Shown: piece by piece, positions 63,578 through 64,000 of the stretch | Layout of the letters: every line of letters starts with the position of its first letter | Position numbering within the stretch: position 1 is the first letter of the stretch | Assembly: GCA_963836185.1 (NCBI GenBank) | Contig: CAWIIQ010000001.1 | Location: forward strand, 768,001 to 832,000 | Direction: 5' to 3' | DNA length: 64,000 bases | Source of the DNA: Candidatus Krumholzibacteriia bacterium | Lineage (GTDB): Bacteria > Krumholzibacteriota > Krumholzibacteriia > Krumholzibacteriales > Krumholzibacteriaceae | Notes under the pieces: model-generated | Databases searched by the model: none | What the model was told of the DNA's origin: nothing | The model's input: the letters and a program-made list of their open reading frames with translations, nothing else | Translations under genes and position numbers: made by a program

Positions 63578-64000
63578 ATGACGAGGGAAGAGATAATCGC
63601 GGCAGTCTCGCCGTGCGGTATTGACTGCTCGCGGTGCATCGCGCTGGTCGGCGGTGATGCGAGGAAGCACGCCATCGCGCTCCAGGAGGTACTCGGCCCG
63701 TCGTTTGAAAAGTGGGCCGACAGGTTCACCGCATACGTGCCCGCCTTTGCGAAGTACAGGGATTTCAGGGAGGTCCTCGACCTTCTGGCCGGCGTCGACT
63801 GTATCGGATGCCGCAATCCGGCAGAGAAAGAGAAACCCTGCGGCATCATCAAGTGCTACAGGGAGAAGGGGGTCGACTTCTGCTTCGAGTGTGACGAGTT
63901 CCCCTGCGACGTGGAAGGGCTCGACGATGACCTCAAGGAGAGATGGAAAGCGACAGGCATGAAGATACGCGAGATCGGGCTCGAAGCCTGGTACGACGAT
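63578..64000 (+). CDS. DUF3795-like Cys-rich protein, truncated by window end
   Basis: PCGIDCSRC, CIGCR, C.I.KC...KG.DFC.EC.EFPC; GGAGG RBS. Confidence 0.85.
   Translation, partial: MTREEIIAAVSPCGIDCSRCIALVGGDARKHAIALQEVLGPSFEKWADRFTAYVPAFAKYRDFREVLDLLAGVDCIGCRNPAEKEKPCGIIKCYREKGVDFCFECDEFPCDVEGLDDDLKERWKATGMKIREIGLEAWYDD

Overview
GC-rich bacterial chromosomal segment with about 55 genes. A secreted protein with a PNPFN/FlgD-Ig (T9SS-like) tail, many beta-barrel OMPs and lipoproteins, and expanded Ser/Thr kinase-TPR genes suggest a diderm of the FCB-allied Krumholzibacteriota/Latescibacterota type (inference). Many genes carry single-base frameshifts, most likely assembly errors. No tRNA, rRNA, CRISPR array, transposase or prophage was seen. 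Main signals: (1) a sigma54 transcription unit missing from the ORF track (23085-23575, minus strand): three TGTAAA-N6-TTTAC enhancer boxes, an exact IHF site, a -24/-12 promoter, an RBS, a 26-aa peptide MFHFTSIAMIIALMIAGKSVWGKSVW with a duplicated GKSVW pentapeptide, and two tandem terminators; this is a candidate peptide-signalling or small-protein system. (2) The archaeal-type GatDE Glu-tRNA(Gln) amidotransferase in a bacterial glnA-gatE-gatD operon. (3) A structured small RNA with its own promoter and terminator at 10189-10343. (4) lexA with a direct-repeat operator, followed by a catalytically dead mini-S24 paralog. (5) Rearranged kinase-TPR paralogs and a collapsed vapBC module.
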